64,000 bases of DNA from an uncultured virus (IMG/VR IMGVR_UViG_3300030116_004023). Taxonomy: Duplodnaviria > Heunggongvirae > Uroviricota > Caudoviricetes. Under the pieces are notes generated by a model, which ran no database searches, was not told the DNA's origin, and was given only the letters and a program-made list of their open reading frames with translations. Both the position numbers and the translations under genes were made by a program. Shown piece by piece: positions 11,729 to 18,819 of the stretch; within the stretch, counting starts at the first letter, position 1, and each line of letters begins with the position of its first letter. The stretch lies in IMG/VR virus record IMGVR_UViG_3300030116_004023. One strand, written 5' to 3'.

Positions 11729-11896
11729 TTAGTTGTCTTCAGTTATTTCGAATGACTTTCTAAGTCTGATTGTTTCTTTCAAAACATTTTGGGATATATC
11801 AAGTAACTGTTTTTCAACAACTAAAATTCTATAGTTAAGATAAACTAGGATTAGAGAGAAGATTGTAATTACAGAAGAGAAAACTATAAGCCACAT
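11729..11896 (-). CDS. Small single-pass membrane protein, 55 aa (not in ORF track)
   Basis: MWLIVFSSVITIFSLILVYLNYRILVVEKQLLDISQNVLKETIRLRKSFEITEDN. Confidence 0.55.
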   Translation of the reverse strand: MWLIVFSSVITIFSLILVYLNYRILVVEKQLLDISQNVLKETIRLRKSFEITEDN

Positions 11897-11898
11897 AG

Positions 11899-12345
11899 TT
11901 AATGGGGATATTTCTTAGGTTCATCCGTAGCTAGTTTTTCTAACTCTTCAGTAGCTTTATCATTTTCTTCATTGATAGTTTGTTTAGCTTCGGTGTAAGG
12001 AACTAATCCCTCTTCTTCCATAGTAGCTAAGTCAGTAATTCTTTCTTCAATTATAGAGAACACTTGATTTTTCCACTTCTTATTGTCTAGAGCAATGGCA
12101 TTTGGATTCTCAACTTCAAAGCCAATGTGTTCTTCAGCTTCTTTTAGAGTAAGTGTTCTGCTGATATCATTTGGCATACTATCATCAACTTCATTCGTAA
12201 CAATGCCACCACCAAGAATTTGTAATAACTTACCTCTTCGGAAAAATTCTTTATAGTTATTTTTGGTTATCTTAGTAACACCCACAAAAACGCATTGTAA
12301 TTCAACGCATCCTTTAAGTGTCTTTTGTAGTTGGTTTATCTGCAT
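11899..12345 (-). CDS. Hypothetical protein
   Basis: 148 aa ORF overlapping the upstream gene. Confidence 0.6.
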   Translation of the reverse strand: MQINQLQKTLKGCVELQCVFVGVTKITKNNYKEFFRRGKLLQILGGGIVTNEVDDSMPNDISRTLTLKEAEEHIGFEVENPNAIALDNKKWKNQVFSIIEERITDLATMEEEGLVPYTEAKQTINEENDKATEELEKLATDEPKKYPH

Positions 12346-12832
12346 TGCTCTTCTCCTCTGTGCTATCTATCTTAGGAACTATGTCTTCTAAACTTAGGTC
12401 TAAGTCTGATGTAATTCTTTCTATAAACTCTCTTTGCTTAAAGCTATCTTCTAATAGTAGCTTGTATATTTTTCTTATAAGATTGTATCCGACTAACTCA
12501 TCGCCATAAGTTACGAATGACTGACAGCATTCTCTTAGGATATATAATTCGGACATGGTTATGGGCATCTCAGTTGTCTTACTTTGATTTTTTGGGTCAG
12601 TAGTAAGTAGAACTGCTAGACCTACTCTAGTAATCATTTCCACAGAAACTGATACTGTCGCACTAGCTTTTATTGATCTCGCTGGTATTTGGAATGACTT
12701 ATCATCTTTATCATGTTCTAAAAGTAAAGTCATGCTGTCACTCAGGAATAATGCTTCAGCTCTAGTCAAGCTCAACACTTTCATAGCATCTAACTGTTCT
12801 ACAAACTCTTGTTCAGATTGAAAATCATCCAT
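12314..12832 (-). CDS. Hypothetical protein
   Basis: 172 aa ORF with GGAG RBS. Confidence 0.65.
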   Translation of the reverse strand: MDDFQSEQEFVEQLDAMKVLSLTRAEALFLSDSMTLLLEHDKDDKSFQIPARSIKASATVSVSVEMITRVGLAVLLTTDPKNQSKTTEMPITMSELYILRECCQSFVTYGDELVGYNLIRKIYKLLLEDSFKQREFIERITSDLDLSLEDIVPKIDSTEEKSNADKPTTKDT

Positions 12833-12962
12833 TATAGTATTTTTCTCCTACAGGTTTTAAACATCTTCTACACAAATAGATACTACGTTTTCTCCCCTGT
12901 TTTGAAGCCCATGCTTCAATTATTGGAACGTCTGTTTTACATCCGAAGATTTTACAGACCAT
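12825..12962 (-). CDS. Small zinc-finger protein, 45 aa (not in ORF track)
   Basis: MVCKIFGCK...YLCRRCLK; ATG lies 7 nt after TATAAT. Confidence 0.5.
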   Translation of the reverse strand: MVCKIFGCKTDVPIIEAWASKQGRKRSIYLCRRCLKPVGEKYYNG

Positions 12963-13346
12963 TCTATTTATTATACTCACTTTATTTATTATTCTGATTC
13001 AACCTAAACTCGACTTCTTGCAGTCGCCTATCAATCAGGTCTTGTTGGTCTTTTATCTCTTTTACTAATTCTAGTATCTGTGCATAGGAATCTCTGAACT
13101 CATCAGACATACCTAGTAGATACTGCATTACATTCGACATACTGTCTCCTAAAACTAACTAGTTTTAATAACCTAACCCTGTTAGTATTAATCCTAAGAT
13201 TATACAAACTAACAAAAACCTAAATGGATTCGTTAAGAATATATCTAACTCTTCTCCTTTCTCCTCCTCAATGTTTATAACAGCTTTAGCAACCCTTACC
13301 TTTAAGGTGTCGCTTAAAGTAAGTCTATAACATTTTTTTAAAAAAG

Positions 13347-13376
13347 AAAGACCTAACTCCTAAAAGTTAGGTCTTT
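13347..13376. terminator. Intrinsic terminator, possibly bidirectional
   Basis: 12-bp stem AAAGACCTAACT/AGTTAGGTCTTT with T tracts on both strands, directly after the ATPase stop. Confidence 0.8.
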
Positions 13377-13382
13377 TTATTT

Positions 13383-14081
13383 CTAAATGCTTACTGAACT
13401 GTATGCTTTAGATACTTTGTTACTCCACCACGTTGGCATTGATGCTTGTAGCATTGCTTTCTTACCATAGTGATAATCAATCGCATAGACTTTCTTCCTA
13501 GTATCTCCACGCATATTCTCAAAGAGAGCATATGCTTCTTGAATCTCAGGTTTAAATTCTGCTCTAGCACCTCTCAAATGTAATTGAGTTGGTCTTTTGA
13601 GTAGAACTAAGTCTGCATCCATCATAATTTGTATGTCTAATTGTCTAGACTGCTGATGGATAAAGATCAGTAGATGGTCTTTGTGTCTGCATATAGCAAT
13701 CAACTTCAACCAACCCTTGTTATCTTTACTCATTGCGTCTCTTGAATTAGCTATGAATGATGCTTCATCTAAGATGATGATACTTGGTTTCATTTTATTC
13801 ACTTGGTTTATAGAGTTTACGAACTGAATCCCACCTTTACCAAAACCTCGCTTCGGAAAATGCTCTCGGACTGTTCTTGGTAATCCTAAAGCTGAAACAG
13901 GTTTCTTGGTCTTCTGATGTAGCTTCTGTGCTAAATCCCAACCTAAAGCAGATTTACCTTCTCCTCTGTGACCATTTATTATAATGACCCCTTGTGAATA
14001 CTTACTCATAATTTTATGCCATGTAATTGAACTTCTTCGTACAGGTTTTGTACGAGACTTTCGGATAGGTTTTCTAACCAT
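13383..14081 (-). CDS. P-loop ATPase, Zot/FtsK-HerA-like
   Basis: Walker A GHRGEGKS, Walker B IIILDEA, downstream RH...hhhhxQ signature. Confidence 0.75.
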   Translation of the reverse strand: MVRKPIRKSRTKPVRRSSITWHKIMSKYSQGVIIINGHRGEGKSALGWDLAQKLHQKTKKPVSALGLPRTVREHFPKRGFGKGGIQFVNSINQVNKMKPSIIILDEASFIANSRDAMSKDNKGWLKLIAICRHKDHLLIFIHQQSRQLDIQIMMDADLVLLKRPTQLHLRGARAEFKPEIQEAYALFENMRGDTRKKVYAIDYHYGKKAMLQASMPTWWSNKVSKAYSSVSI

Positions 14082-14130
14082 TGTAATTTCCTTTTTAGTC
14101 TGCCCAAGAAAAATCTTGGGCAGTTTGGTT

Positions 14131-14631
14131 TCAAATTTTATATTGATTTTTTCTAGATTGATCTTTTATCTCAGTCAATGCTTTAGCAAAGTTTTCTTGT
14201 GCTTGAGAACCTATGCCATATTTATTGCTTGAACCTAATCTCATTCTATACACAATCTCTAGTGAGACATCAAGACCACTTATCTGCCTAGATGCTAGAT
14301 ACTTAGAATCAACCCAAGCACCATCTCTAAAGTGTATTGTAGTAGTGATGTCATCAATCCCTTTTGTACAATCATCATCTATGTACTTTACTCTATGTTC
14401 AAGATGACTCCACGAAATAACACCATTTCTAGAGTTTTTCTTACCTGTGTATCTATCAATATATTGTGGTTTAACCCAATTTGGTTTTATACCTATTAGC
14501 TTAAACCCTTTGCTTATTAATTCTTTATCACTTTTATCGTCTTCAAAATAAATAGTGTGACCACCTCTATCTGAAACGATTTCAAGAAACTTTTGAATTT
14601 TGGGCAAAGTGTCAAAATCATATGTAACCAT
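14131..14631 (-). CDS. Hypothetical protein (first gene of early block)
   Basis: 166 aa, AAGGA RBS. Confidence 0.65.
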   Translation of the reverse strand: MVTYDFDTLPKIQKFLEIVSDRGGHTIYFEDDKSDKELISKGFKLIGIKPNWVKPQYIDRYTGKKNSRNGVISWSHLEHRVKYIDDDCTKGIDDITTTIHFRDGAWVDSKYLASRQISGLDVSLEIVYRMRLGSSNKYGIGSQAQENFAKALTEIKDQSRKNQYKI

Positions 14632-14816
14632 TGATTTATCCTTATTACTAGTTACTCTTATATTCAGTTGTCAATGTGCGTGGTAGAAAAGTTTTCGTGG
14701 TTCTTATAACAGCTTACAGCTTCTAGGAACATTTGTCCTACAATGTAATTACTCACGTTTTATCTACCTATACTTTCAGTATATATCATAAATGTTACGA
14801 AAGTGTTACATTAATT

Positions 14817-14830
14817 AGAACATATGTTCT
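14817..14830. promoter_or_regulatory. Putative LexA (SOS) box
   Basis: Perfect palindrome AGAACATATGTTCT matching GAAC-N4-GTTC; degenerate second copy GGAACATTTGTCCT at 14726-14739. Confidence 0.6.
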
Positions 14831-14870
14831 GTGAATATCTGTGGTGTGTGCCAGAGAGAATGTCTGGTCT

Positions 14871-14900
14871 TACGTGCGTACGTGTACGTGTGTGTACGTG
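14871..14900. repeat. 30-bp alternating purine/pyrimidine tract
   Basis: TACGTGCGTACGTGTACGTGTGTGTACGTG. Confidence 0.85.
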
Positions 14901-14985
14901 AGGGAAAATTTTTACCTATGTGTAAGCCAATCGGTTCCCTTAACTTTTTTATTTCGGTTCCCTTAAGCTTCGGTTCCCTTAACTT

Positions 14986-15321
14986 CTATCGCTTCCCTTC
15001 AAAGCCAAAATAATCATCTTCATCAAAGTCAAAGATTCCCTTCTCTTCCATGTCTTTGATAGTTTGTTCAATCTTGCTTAGTGGTTTATTCCTCCAAAAC
15101 TGTCGCATGTTAGGAAGCATTTGGACTATCTGGGCAAACCCTCGGTTCCTTATATCGTTCCTTAAATGTTCAAACAGTAAGGTTAGTTGTAATTCATATA
15201 TCCCACCACGTTCCTCTAGTTCCATTATTCTATCGTAACGTTGTTTATTTACTTTTTGAAGCTTTGCTGTCTCTTCTTTTAGTATTTTTAGTGTCTTTTC
15301 TAACTCGTCTTTAGTTGGCAT
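14986..15321 (-). CDS. Hypothetical coiled-coil protein
   Basis: 111 aa; bracketed by GGTTCCCT repeats. Confidence 0.6.
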   Translation of the reverse strand: MPTKDELEKTLKILKEETAKLQKVNKQRYDRIMELEERGGIYELQLTLLFEHLRNDIRNRGFAQIVQMLPNMRQFWRNKPLSKIEQTIKDMEEKGIFDFDEDDYFGFEGKR

Positions 15322-15339
15322 TTGGTTCCCTTAACTTTT

Positions 15340-15783
15340 TTATTTTAGTATATATTTATATTTTACTCCGTGAACTTTGAAAGAATGTTTCAAATCTTTA
15401 TAGGCTTGGTTCCCTATAAAATTTTTTACTACTTCTAAGTACATCCCTGCAAAGTTTTCTCCATGATGGTCTGCATCGGTTCCATTGTAATTTATCACAT
15501 GAGACATTTCATGACAAATGAAAGGAAGAGTTTTTAAAGAAGGATAGGTAAAAGATATTTTATCTTTGGTAGCATATATTATGTTATGCCCATCTTCTAC
15601 AAGTTCAGGAGGTTTTATTTCTGCCCATTGAGATATCTTATACACTATATCTTCTACTTGTTCCCATGTCATTATCTGAGTATCCCCCCAAAATAATGAA
15701 GAATCCTCAGCCTTGTATACTTGGTTCCTTTGAAAATCTCTCACGTGTGTGTTTGGTATATCTCCTATCCAACCCTTTTGCAT
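15340..15783 (-). CDS. Zinc metallopeptidase-like protein (SprT/minigluzincin-type)
   Basis: ICHEMSH (HExxH) followed by HHGENF. Confidence 0.75.
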   Translation of the reverse strand: MQKGWIGDIPNTHVRDFQRNQVYKAEDSSLFWGDTQIMTWEQVEDIVYKISQWAEIKPPELVEDGHNIIYATKDKISFTYPSLKTLPFICHEMSHVINYNGTDADHHGENFAGMYLEVVKNFIGNQAYKDLKHSFKVHGVKYKYILK

Positions 15784-15962
15784 TGATTCCTACTCTCCCA
15801 TCTTCCCCTGAATCTTTTTAGGTGGAATTACTTTTACTTCCTCGTACTTCTTACCTAATGGGTATATTTGTTTCAACCCGATATAGATTCCCTGTATTCC
15901 GGGGTTCCTTTTGCCTACTTCAATTAGTCTTTGCTCTTCTTCATTCATTGGATAATCAATCA

Positions 15963-16424
15963 TTATTTCTTCCTATACTTTGCAGTCTTCCTTGCTATTT
16001 TCTTTGGTTGCCTAGAGAACTGCTTCCCTTGTTTGGTTGCCTTCCTCTTAGCTCTTGTGGTAGCTCCATACTCTTGTGGAGATAGTGCTTCCCTTGCTTT
16101 CTTAGGTAGATACCGTTCCCCTGTCTTCCTACTTGGCTTCCCAGACTTGGTTCCCCACTTCTGTTTAGTCCACCTTGATAAAGAAGACTTACCTGATTTC
16201 TTCCCTTTGTACCCACCACCAGCTTTCTTATATCTTTGAACAGCTAGTTGAGCCTTTCGAGCTGACCATTGTCCCGGTCTACCACCCTTACTACCTGCCT
16301 TTACAGCAGATTTTATACGAGACCACTTCTTAGGGTCTCTTCTTTTAGCGGTTGCTTTTATTATAATATCAGAAAATATGTTTATTGCATAGTCTAAATT
16401 ATTCATTAATCCGTTCCCAGCCAT
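15963..16424 (-). CDS. DUF5872-like highly basic phage protein
   Basis: GGRPGQWSARKAQL...YKKAGGGY...WTKQKW...ERYLP motifs. Confidence 0.8.
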   Translation of the reverse strand: MAGNGLMNNLDYAINIFSDIIIKATAKRRDPKKWSRIKSAVKAGSKGGRPGQWSARKAQLAVQRYKKAGGGYKGKKSGKSSLSRWTKQKWGTKSGKPSRKTGERYLPKKAREALSPQEYGATTRAKRKATKQGKQFSRQPKKIARKTAKYRKK

Positions 16425-16651
16425 TGTTTTACTTTAGGTATTCTAGCTATCCAAGCTATTAATGCCCCAAAAATTATCGTTCCCATCAAGAGAACAAAAA
16501 AGTTAACTTCAGTATATCTGCCAAGACCAACTAGTATTGCATCTTCTATAAAGTGTAATGCACTTACGATTATTGTAATCGAACCAAATTTCTTCACTAA
16601 AACCCCCTGTATTCCTTTGTAATATCTTCCACTTTTGACTATAATAGTCAT
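16406..16651 (-). CDS. Small membrane protein
   Basis: Two hydrophobic segments. Confidence 0.6.
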   Translation of the reverse strand: MTIIVKSGRYYKGIQGVLVKKFGSITIIVSALHFIEDAILVGLGRYTEVNFFVLLMGTIIFGALIAWIARIPKVKQWLGTD

Positions 16652-16662
16652 GGGTGCGAGGG

Positions 16663-16998
16663 CTATTTATAGTTGTCGTACCCACCATAAGTTCTAGTGT
16701 CACCGTAACCACTGATTCCAATGGTCTTTAGTACATCATTAAACCCATCGTGGTCACCCATAATTGTCCGCATCTCATTATCAATGATTGCGTCCTTCTT
16801 CTCTAGCTCTGCTATCTTCTCATTTAGTTCCAATAGTCTCTTAGTAGCTTCAGCGTATTGAGCTTGAACTGCTGCAACGTTATCTGTATTCTCTTCTACC
16901 GAGCTATCCAGTTGTGCTACATACCAAATGATTCCAAATGCTTGAGCTATTATTACTCCTATAATTCCTATAGGTAACTTTATATCTGATAATCCCAT
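16663..16998 (-). CDS. Membrane-anchored coiled-coil protein
   Basis: N-terminal TM segment (IGIIGVIIAQAFGIIWYV) then heptad-like region. Confidence 0.65.
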   Translation of the reverse strand: MGLSDIKLPIGIIGVIIAQAFGIIWYVAQLDSSVEENTDNVAAVQAQYAEATKRLLELNEKIAELEKKDAIIDNEMRTIMGDHDGFNDVLKTIGISGYGDTRTYGGYDNYK

Positions 16999-17010
16999 TC
17001 TATTCCTCTG

Positions 17011-17190
17011 TTACTTTTTTACTCTAAGCCACGCAATTCTAGCTAGTCCTACAACACCAACTGCTACTGATGTCCATGATACTATCTGAACTGTCATTAT
17101 ATCTTCCCCTAAGCCATGACGTGATAAGTCTGCCATGATACCTCCAAACAATATTAAAGGTATTGGGAACCATTGTTTTATTATACTCAT
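17011..17190 (-). CDS. Small two-TM protein, 59 aa (not in ORF track)
   Basis: MSIIKQWFPIPLILFGGIMAD...IVSWTSVAVGVVGLARIAWLRVKK; start overlaps the upstream stop. Confidence 0.6.
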   Translation of the reverse strand: MSIIKQWFPIPLILFGGIMADLSRHGLGEDIMTVQIVSWTSVAVGVVGLARIAWLRVKK

Positions 17191-17483
17191 TATTTTTTAT
17201 TCTCCGATTTCATTCCAAACACTGAGCCTGTTAGTAAAGCTCCGAAACTTATATGAAATATACCTCCATTAGTTAGAGTGAAGGGTTCGTGTCGATTGAC
17301 ACCTTGAGACGCTATCTTTAGGTACTCTAGCCGTACCATCGTGTCGTCTATTTCAGAAAGCTTTTCTATATAGTCAGCTGGGTTTGGTCTAGTTAATCCT
17401 ATGTATGCAGGAACTATTACAAAATCAAAGAGGCAGATAACCACATATACAATAAGGGCTGTCCACCTCCAATAATTTGTCAT
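17190..17483 (-). CDS. Holin-like protein (GTA 3TM holin-like)
   Basis: WRW...YVVICLFDFVIVP and PFTLTNGGIFHISFGALL motifs. Confidence 0.6.
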   Translation of the reverse strand: MTNYWRWTALIVYVVICLFDFVIVPAYIGLTRPNPADYIEKLSEIDDTMVRLEYLKIASQGVNRHEPFTLTNGGIFHISFGALLTGSVFGMKSENKK

Positions 17484-17490
17484 AGATTTT

Positions 17491-17730
17491 TTAGTCTGAT
17501 TCTGGTATAGTTATATTCTCTATGGCTTTGATAGAAACTTTAGAGAACTCTTTTATCTCTTTTGTTATGGCTTGTTTCTCTGAATTAGTTACCTTACCAT
17601 CTTTCAAGGCTATACTAATTGCTTGTATAATATCCATTCCTTCATCTACAATCTTTTTACCATCATCAGCTAAACCTTTATTTAGATTGTAGAATGTTAA
17701 GCCTAAGCTTATTATTTTCATTGGGTTCAT
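17491..17730 (-). CDS. Small helical hypothetical protein
   Basis: 79 aa, AGGAGG RBS. Confidence 0.6.
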   Translation of the reverse strand: MNPMKIISLGLTFYNLNKGLADDGKKIVDEGMDIIQAISIALKDGKVTNSEKQAITKEIKEFSKVSIKAIENITIPESD

Positions 17731-17739
17731 AAGTCCTCC

Positions 17740-17892
17740 TTATACACCGCACCCGCAGTGTCCGCCACAAGGGCATCCCTCTAGTTCTAATTCTATTAAA
17801 CACCCCTCGCACTCACACTCGCAAAAACATTCGAGAGGTTCGCATATGCAATCCCCCGATTCAATACAAGTGCAATTTTCGATGTCTACCAT
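17740..17892 (-). CDS. Metallothionein-like protein, 50 aa with 13 Cys (not in ORF track)
   Basis: MVDIENCTCIESGDCICEPLECFCECECEGCLIELELEGCPCGGHCGCGV; GGAG RBS and TAATG coupling. Confidence 0.7.
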   Translation of the reverse strand: MVDIENCTCIESGDCICEPLECFCECECEGCLIELELEGCPCGGHCGCGV

Positions 17893-18044
17893 TATTCACT
17901 CTCCAACACTTTCATGCCAAGTGCTATAATACCACCAACACATCCAGTGGCAATTTCATTGTATTCATATACAATACCAAAAGATGATAATATTCCTAGC
18001 ACTATAATTGCTAAAAATATTTGTGGTCTTAGTTTTCCAAACAT
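17892..18044 (-). CDS. Small two-TM holin-like protein, 50 aa (not in ORF track)
   Basis: MFGKLRPQIFLAIIVLGILSSFGIVYEYNEIATGCVGGIIALGMKVLESE; AGGAG RBS. Confidence 0.65.
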   Translation of the reverse strand: MFGKLRPQIFLAIIVLGILSSFGIVYEYNEIATGCVGGIIALGMKVLESE

Positions 18045-18289
18045 AAGCTTCTCTCCTATATCTTACGATTCCTTGCATGAAATGTGTCTTTGATATGTTC
18101 AGCCCTTTTAAAGTCTTTGAATGCTTCGTTCATTTCAGCATCCTCTAGCATATCTTCCCACTTGTGTAACCACTCAAATACATTGAATCGTGTCAATTTA
18201 ATTTTACCTCGCTTATAATGTGTATTAGTAACTATTTGTTACCACACTTATTATACGCAGAAAGTCGAATTAAATTTGTTAAATCTTTG

Positions 18290-18622
18290 TTACGCTGTTC
18301 CGTATGCTACAACTCTAATGTACACTGCAGATAAGTCAGTAGTGTTACCTACTTCGTCTAGTGCAGCACCATCAGCTCCAGCTTCGTATACTTCAACTTT
18401 TTCGTTGCTGTAGTCGTATTGAGCTACGTATCCTGAAGTCTCAGTATCAATCATAACTGCATGTATTGCAGTAAAGCCAAGGTCTCCTGCTGTTAAAGAT
18501 TCCCCACCTGTTGGGTAAGAGTCATCAAATTGTATTCTTTTGATGGTGAACTTACTAGGTGTTCCTCCAGCAATAGCAGCTCCTTCGCTAGCAGCTCCCG
18601 GTGTTGTTATTGTTAATGCCAT
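18290..18622 (-). CDS. Virion protein, probable head decoration/cement
   Basis: FDDSYPTGGESL...DLG motif common in phage head proteins; own promoter and AGGAGG RBS. Confidence 0.55.
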   Translation of the reverse strand: MALTITTPGAASEGAAIAGGTPSKFTIKRIQFDDSYPTGGESLTAGDLGFTAIHAVMIDTETSGYVAQYDYSNEKVEVYEAGADGAALDEVGNTTDLSAVYIRVVAYGTA

Positions 18623-18684
18623 ATTTAGTTTCCTCCTTAAATACTAAGATAGATTTCCTATCTATTTATTATACTAGAATTAAG

Positions 18685-18819
18685 TTATTTTCTTTTGATA
18701 GCTTCAGCTATCTCATCTCTCTTCTTCTGTCCGGGACTATCTTCATCGAAATTCTTATATCCCATCTTTTTAGCTTGAGCCGTAGCAACCGCAAACGGGC
18801 TATCTACAGCCTCTAGTCT
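18685..18819 (-). CDS. -1 frame C-terminal extension of the prohead protease (44 aa)
   Basis: T TTT TTA slippery site at 18825-18819; -1 frame reads RLEAVDSPFAVATAQAKKMG...EAIKRK*. Confidence 0.7.
   Translation of the reverse strand, partial: RLEAVDSPFAVATAQAKKMGYKNFDEDSPGQKKRDEIAEAIKRK

Larger units (their letters stand above)
1208..13140 (-). other. Array of more than 35 small co-oriented hypothetical genes (putative early/host-takeover region)
   Basis: Tightly packed or overlapping 25-190 aa ORFs, many with AGGA/GGAG RBS, many acidic or with CxxC pairs; driven by sigma70-type promoters. Confidence 0.85.
925..13166 (-). repeat. Dispersed ~13-19 bp repeat, consensus AAAACTA(G/A)CTA(G/C)GATTAG (minus strand), about 20 copies
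   Basis: Copies at about 2356, 2585, 2646, 4712, 4928, 5096, 5779, 6399, 6488, 6601, 7181, 7981, 8632, 9049, 9511, 10313, 11926, 13151; partial at 1013; inverted at 925, 4752, 11842. Confidence 0.9.
14931..16156 (+). repeat. Oriented iteron-like repeats TCGGTTCCCTTAA
   Basis: Three exact copies at 14931, 14954, 14970; near copies at 15142, 15155, 15322, 15406, 15477, 15721, 15901, 16147, all on the same strand. Confidence 0.85.

Noticed and set aside
11725..11828. Long inverted repeat with inner hairpins suggesting an ncRNA
   Set aside because: Lies almost entirely within a plausible 55 aa membrane-protein ORF; AT-rich pairing can arise by chance.
925..13166. Dispersed repeat as a CRISPR array or integron attC array
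   Set aside because: Spacers are gene-sized and irregular, repeats are short and degenerate, there is no attC-type hairpin, and no cas1/cas2 or integron integrase is present.
17179..17187. AGTATAATA as another late promoter
   Set aside because: Coincides with the first codons (ATG AGT ATA ATA) of a small ORF, so it is probably coding.
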